Source of the DNA: a virus
Direction: 5' to 3' (one strand)
DNA: 64,000 nt
IMG/VR virus record: IMGVR_UViG_3300017971_000283
Coordinates: 5,527-69,526 of that record
The notes under the pieces were generated by a model. That model saw nothing but the letters and a program-made list of their open reading frames with translations. It had not been told where the DNA came from and ran no database searches. This document shows positions 60,236 to 64,000 of this stretch, one piece after another. Each line of letters starts with the position of its first letter. Position 1 is the stretch's first letter. The position numbers and the translations under genes were made by a program.

Positions 60236-61657
60236 TTATCCATTGTTTTTCTCCTTTTTCATAGTTATTATCCATTTCATTTTTTTATACTCACTTATTC
60301 TTTTATTGCTATGTTTCAACAAGTAATATCCCCCGTCATTAAAATCAATGACGGTACATTTCTTTTTCCCTTTAAATGTCCGGACCATACGTCCTATACT
60401 CTGCATGATCTTTCTATAACTTTTTCCAACATCTGCTAAAATACCACAATCGAGGGAAGGAATATCAATCCCTTCTTTCCAAATTGTACTAATGACAATT
60501 TTTCTTTTTTTCGATAATAGTTTTTTTACATTATTTCTTTTTTCTGAACTGCTATTACCAGTAAGAAAACTAAAATATTTTAAGTCTTCTTTTTTAATAC
60601 ATTTTTTTAATTCAATAATATGTTCAACTAGAGAACAAAATACTAAAACAGACTCGCCCTTTTTAAATTTATTAAGTGCTATTTTAATGATTTTTTTGTT
60701 TCTTTGTTTATTGTTAATTAATCCGGAATAAAATTCATTAGTATAATCTTTTGAGAAATCCCCGGTTCTTTTCGTTTCAATATCATCAATTAGATAAATT
60801 TCAACATAAGGGGGAACAACGAAGCCCTTTTTTACCCCTTCAGACAGTGTGAAATCGTGTATAACAGGCCCAATTAATCCTTCAAGGGCTAAGGCTTCTT
60901 TTTTTGCTTTCGGAGGTGTAGCCGTTAAACCAAGGACAAATCCAGCATTAATATTTGATATTATTTTCCATTGCCCATTAATACCGGTAATATTATGGGC
61001 TTCATCTACAATAATCAAATTAAAATTAATAGGTATTTTTTTGATATTTTTTAGAGTTTGTATAGTTGCTATACAAACTTTTTTATTAGGATAAAATATT
61101 TTGTTTCCATCTCCAATTTTATAACAAGAGAACCATTTTGAAAAATCTTTGTAAGCCTGATGTAAAAGATCTGTTGAATTCACAACAAATAGGCAAGGAT
61201 AATCAACTCCTGCCATTAGCCCTCCGGCAACATGAGTTTTTCCATACCCAGTATGAGCAATGAGGATACCTCTTTTATTTTTAAGGCCTGACAATATCAT
61301 TTTGATTTGATCCGGTCTAAAAGTTACCCCTTTAATCTTTGGATATTTAATTTTATATGTTGGGGATTTTTCTTTTATTTCTAAGTTAGGAAATTCTTTT
61401 TTAATTCTATCTAAAAAACCTAAAAGACAATGGCCATTTTTTAAATAAGAATCGGAAAATGTACAAAACTTTTTTAATTTTTTTGAATATATTGAATCAG
61501 TAAAAGAAAGAAGATTATATATTTTCCCCCTTTCTTTTACTGGAACTTCAATATAGTTTTTTTTGATTATTAACATATTAATACTTTCTATAATAATGGG
61601 TTGTGCCATCTTCGCTATATTTTTATTTTTCCGACTTACTTCGCCATAATCTTCCAT
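60236..61657 (-). CDS. Superfamily 2 DNA helicase (UvsW-like)
   Basis: RPDQ, HTGYGKT, VDEAH, GLTATP, EGIDIPSLD, QSIGRMVR. Confidence 0.92.
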   Translation of the reverse strand: MEDYGEVSRKNKNIAKMAQPIIIESINMLIIKKNYIEVPVKERGKIYNLLSFTDSIYSKKLKKFCTFSDSYLKNGHCLLGFLDRIKKEFPNLEIKEKSPTYKIKYPKIKGVTFRPDQIKMILSGLKNKRGILIAHTGYGKTHVAGGLMAGVDYPCLFVVNSTDLLHQAYKDFSKWFSCYKIGDGNKIFYPNKKVCIATIQTLKNIKKIPINFNLIIVDEAHNITGINGQWKIISNINAGFVLGLTATPPKAKKEALALEGLIGPVIHDFTLSEGVKKGFVVPPYVEIYLIDDIETKRTGDFSKDYTNEFYSGLINNKQRNKKIIKIALNKFKKGESVLVFCSLVEHIIELKKCIKKEDLKYFSFLTGNSSSEKRNNVKKLLSKKRKIVISTIWKEGIDIPSLDCGILADVGKSYRKIMQSIGRMVRTFKGKKKCTVIDFNDGGYYLLKHSNKRISEYKKMKWIITMKKEKNNG

Positions 61658-61758
61658 TTTCCTTTCCTTATGCCCGGTATATTTCAACCGGGCATTTAAA
61701 GTTTATGGCTTTCGATATTTCCAGGGATTTCGAAAGCAGATTGAACCCCTTCTAATCT

Positions 61759-62654
61759 TTAAGCGAATACCATGAAATGGGCATCAGGATTTTTCCCAAT
61801 CAACTCCTGACATTCTTTTGTTCTTGCAAATTTTTTCTCGATTTCAGTTCTTTCAAATTCAGCCTCAAAATAACCGATATGAATAGAAAAACCGACTGAA
61901 TTTCTATCAGCAATTCCATTCTTTATTGTTCCCGGACCACCATTTTGAATAAACCTTAATTCCTTATTTTTTTTGGAAACTTTGGAAAAAAAAGTTTGAA
62001 CCTCTTTTGGAATATCATTTTCTTCATAATACAAAATTTCTCTTCTAATATTTTCCAAAAGTTTTTCTTTTTTTACCCCTACCCACCTTATTTGTGAACC
62101 AAAAGTTTTTCTCATTTCGTTTACGACTTCTTTCATTTCTGTTATTTTTGGTTCTTCATTTGACATTGCTACTTTTACTTTTTCTGCCTTGATGTGTCTT
62201 TTCATTTTAATTCTCCTTTTTAGTATAACATAAAATTGATTTAAGACAAATATATTTGTCTTAAATCATCATCCAAAAGGAATTTATCTTGATTAACAAA
62301 TTCAGAAAGCTCCTTTTTAATTCTTTCCTTTTTGTTTTTATCACTAACTCCCACCCAATTTAGTATTTTTGGAATTAGTTTTTTTCCTTTTTCTTTTCTT
62401 GTTTTTGTTTCAAAGGGATTTGTATCTCCTATAAATTCCAAAAATTCAAAAGGGGATTTTAATATAACCCTTATGACTTCTTTGGCTTCTTTTGAAAGAG
62501 AGTTGAAAGGAGTTTCAACTTTTTTATCAAAATGAATAAGAGAATTTGGAGTAAGTTTTTTTTTAGACATTTCTTGATTTTCAGAATAATTAGAAATGTC
62601 TTCTATATCATCAAGTTTTTTTATTCGATAAATATCCAATAGTGTTATTGTCAT
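61759..62654 (-). other. Two hypothetical ORFs (61759-62205, 62241-62654)
   Basis: Intact minus-strand ORFs. Confidence 0.55.
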
Positions 62655-62791
62655 CTTTTCGCTTTCAACACTCTAAACATTAATTCCCATTGACTTTGCA
62701 AAATCAATCCGGGGTTAATAATTCTTTTTTTTGGTGTCATGATCTTTCCTCCTTTTAATGATTAATTGAGTGATTCGATAAAAGTTAAAAA

Positions 62792-63496
62792 TTATTTTTT
62801 ATTAAGAGAAAAGAGAAAATCCTCATTTTCCTCATCAAATTCATTATTAAAATCTCCTTCTTCTGAAAGATAAGTAAGAAGTTCCCAACTCATTTCAAGA
62901 GCTTTTAAAACAAGTTCCTTGTTTTGAGCGGTAAGTTTTCCACGGTCATTAAAAACAAGATTTTCTACTTTTTCTTGTACTTCTTCGAACGTTTTGTTTT
63001 CCTTTGATTTAAGAGCAGAAATAATCTGCTCAGTGATTTTAATATAATTTCTTTTTTTTCTTGGTTTTGGTTCTTTTTTTGGTTTTCCTTCCTTTTCTTT
63101 TTGAATTGCTTTTGCAAGTCGGTCAGGTTTTTCTTCAGGTTTTTCTTCAGGTTTTTCTTCAGGTTTTTCTTCAGGTTTTTCTTCAGGTTTTTCTTCAGGT
63201 TTTTCTTCAGGTTTTTTTGATTCAATCAGATTTATAAGTTCTTGTTTTGTACTTTTAGTTGTAAAGTCTTTACCTTTCTGAAATCCTTCTTTTATGACTA
63301 TTCTCAAAAGATCGCTTTTCTTTTTATCAATCAGTTTTTCGTCTTCTTTTTTTGGTTCAACTCCCATTTTTATTGCTAACATAACTTTTGCCACTCCTTC
63401 TTTCCTGTTATTAAAATCACTCGATTCAAATCCATATCCCGCTGCCACTTTACAAAAATTTACATCAGTCATTTTTTGCAATTCTTTTCTAGTCAT
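62792..63496 (-). CDS. Hypothetical protein with (EEKP)n repeat
   Basis: 12-bp tandem repeat at about 63123-63215. Confidence 0.6.
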   Translation of the reverse strand: MTRKELQKMTDVNFCKVAAGYGFESSDFNNRKEGVAKVMLAIKMGVEPKKEDEKLIDKKKSDLLRIVIKEGFQKGKDFTTKSTKQELINLIESKKPEEKPEEKPEEKPEEKPEEKPEEKPEEKPDRLAKAIQKEKEGKPKKEPKPRKKRNYIKITEQIISALKSKENKTFEEVQEKVENLVFNDRGKLTAQNKELVLKALEMSWELLTYLSEEGDFNNEFDEENEDFLFSLNKK

Positions 63497-64000
63497 GTCA
63501 TTCTCCCTTTTTTATTATTATCGGCATATTTATTTTTTGTTGAGGTGGTATTGTTTTTAATGCATTACCTACTTTCAGATTATTATCAAGAGCAAGTCCA
63601 TCAAAACAACTACCGATAGGAAATAGCTCTTTCCATTAAAAACCCGCCTTTTTCAAGTCGCCCATGAACTCCGTAAGATCAATCATCTTAAAAAAGATTA
63701 GTCAATTTTTTCAAGAAAACTTTTGGTAACTTCGAAACATGATAATGCATCAAATTCATTGTCAGAACAATTAATAATAACATGCAAAAACGGACTATTG
63801 ATTCTTGGTGATAATCCTCGTACAAACACATGCCCCAAATCATTTCTATATTTCCATATCGGAACATTCAGATTGTTATTAAATTCAGATGGCATATTAT
63901 TATAAATATACATCTTGAAATTATAAATATTACCAACTTTGTTAAACCCCTTAGGCATACCAAGAAATATTTTCCCACCAGGATACAAGACCGTTCCTGG

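Noticed and set aside
61708-61752. Third tRNA-like element (GGTTCAATC)
   Set aside because: Only a GCTTTCGA/TCGAAAGC hairpin; no cloverleaf can be built.
1-64000. Genome-wide TGA or TAG recoding
   Set aside because: Long genes are intact in the standard code, Trp uses TGG, and several TGA stops overlap the next ATG or are soon followed by other stops.

Overview
AT-rich segment of a tailed dsDNA phage with a long, probably non-contractile tail, almost entirely encoded on the minus strand. From left to right: a tape measure gene running off the left edge, tail and neck genes, a BPP-1-like major capsid and Bbp16-like cement protein, scaffold, minor head protein, portal and large terminase (1-19.2 kb). 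Next come a ParB/glycosyltransferase/methyltransferase cluster with thyX and lipoproteins (19.2-23.4 kb), the only clear plus-strand operon (Q/N-rich protein, Gly/Cys-rich protein, ferritin-like protein; 25.3-27.7 kb), and many small accessory ORFs with a displaced TerS-like gene, dcd and HU (28-38 kb). The right part is a large replication/recombination module: split SbcC, SbcD, resolvase, 5'-3' exonuclease, RecA, SSB, DnaE, DnaX, clamp, helicases, primase and RNA ligase (38-64 kb). No integrase, reverse transcriptase or CRISPR array was seen. Top observations: (1) two genes whose reading frame continues in frame past a single UGA into a recognisable domain (tail chaperone G/GT and the island Cys/Gly-rich protein), suggesting programmed UGA readthrough; (2) an unannotated Mu Com-like zinc finger gene plus a hairpin burying the tape measure start codon; (3) two miniature tRNA-like elements; (4) a perfect parS site inside a 50-bp palindrome; (5) a head-closure protein fused to a repetitive fibre. 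All family assignments come from motif recognition by eye, not database searches.
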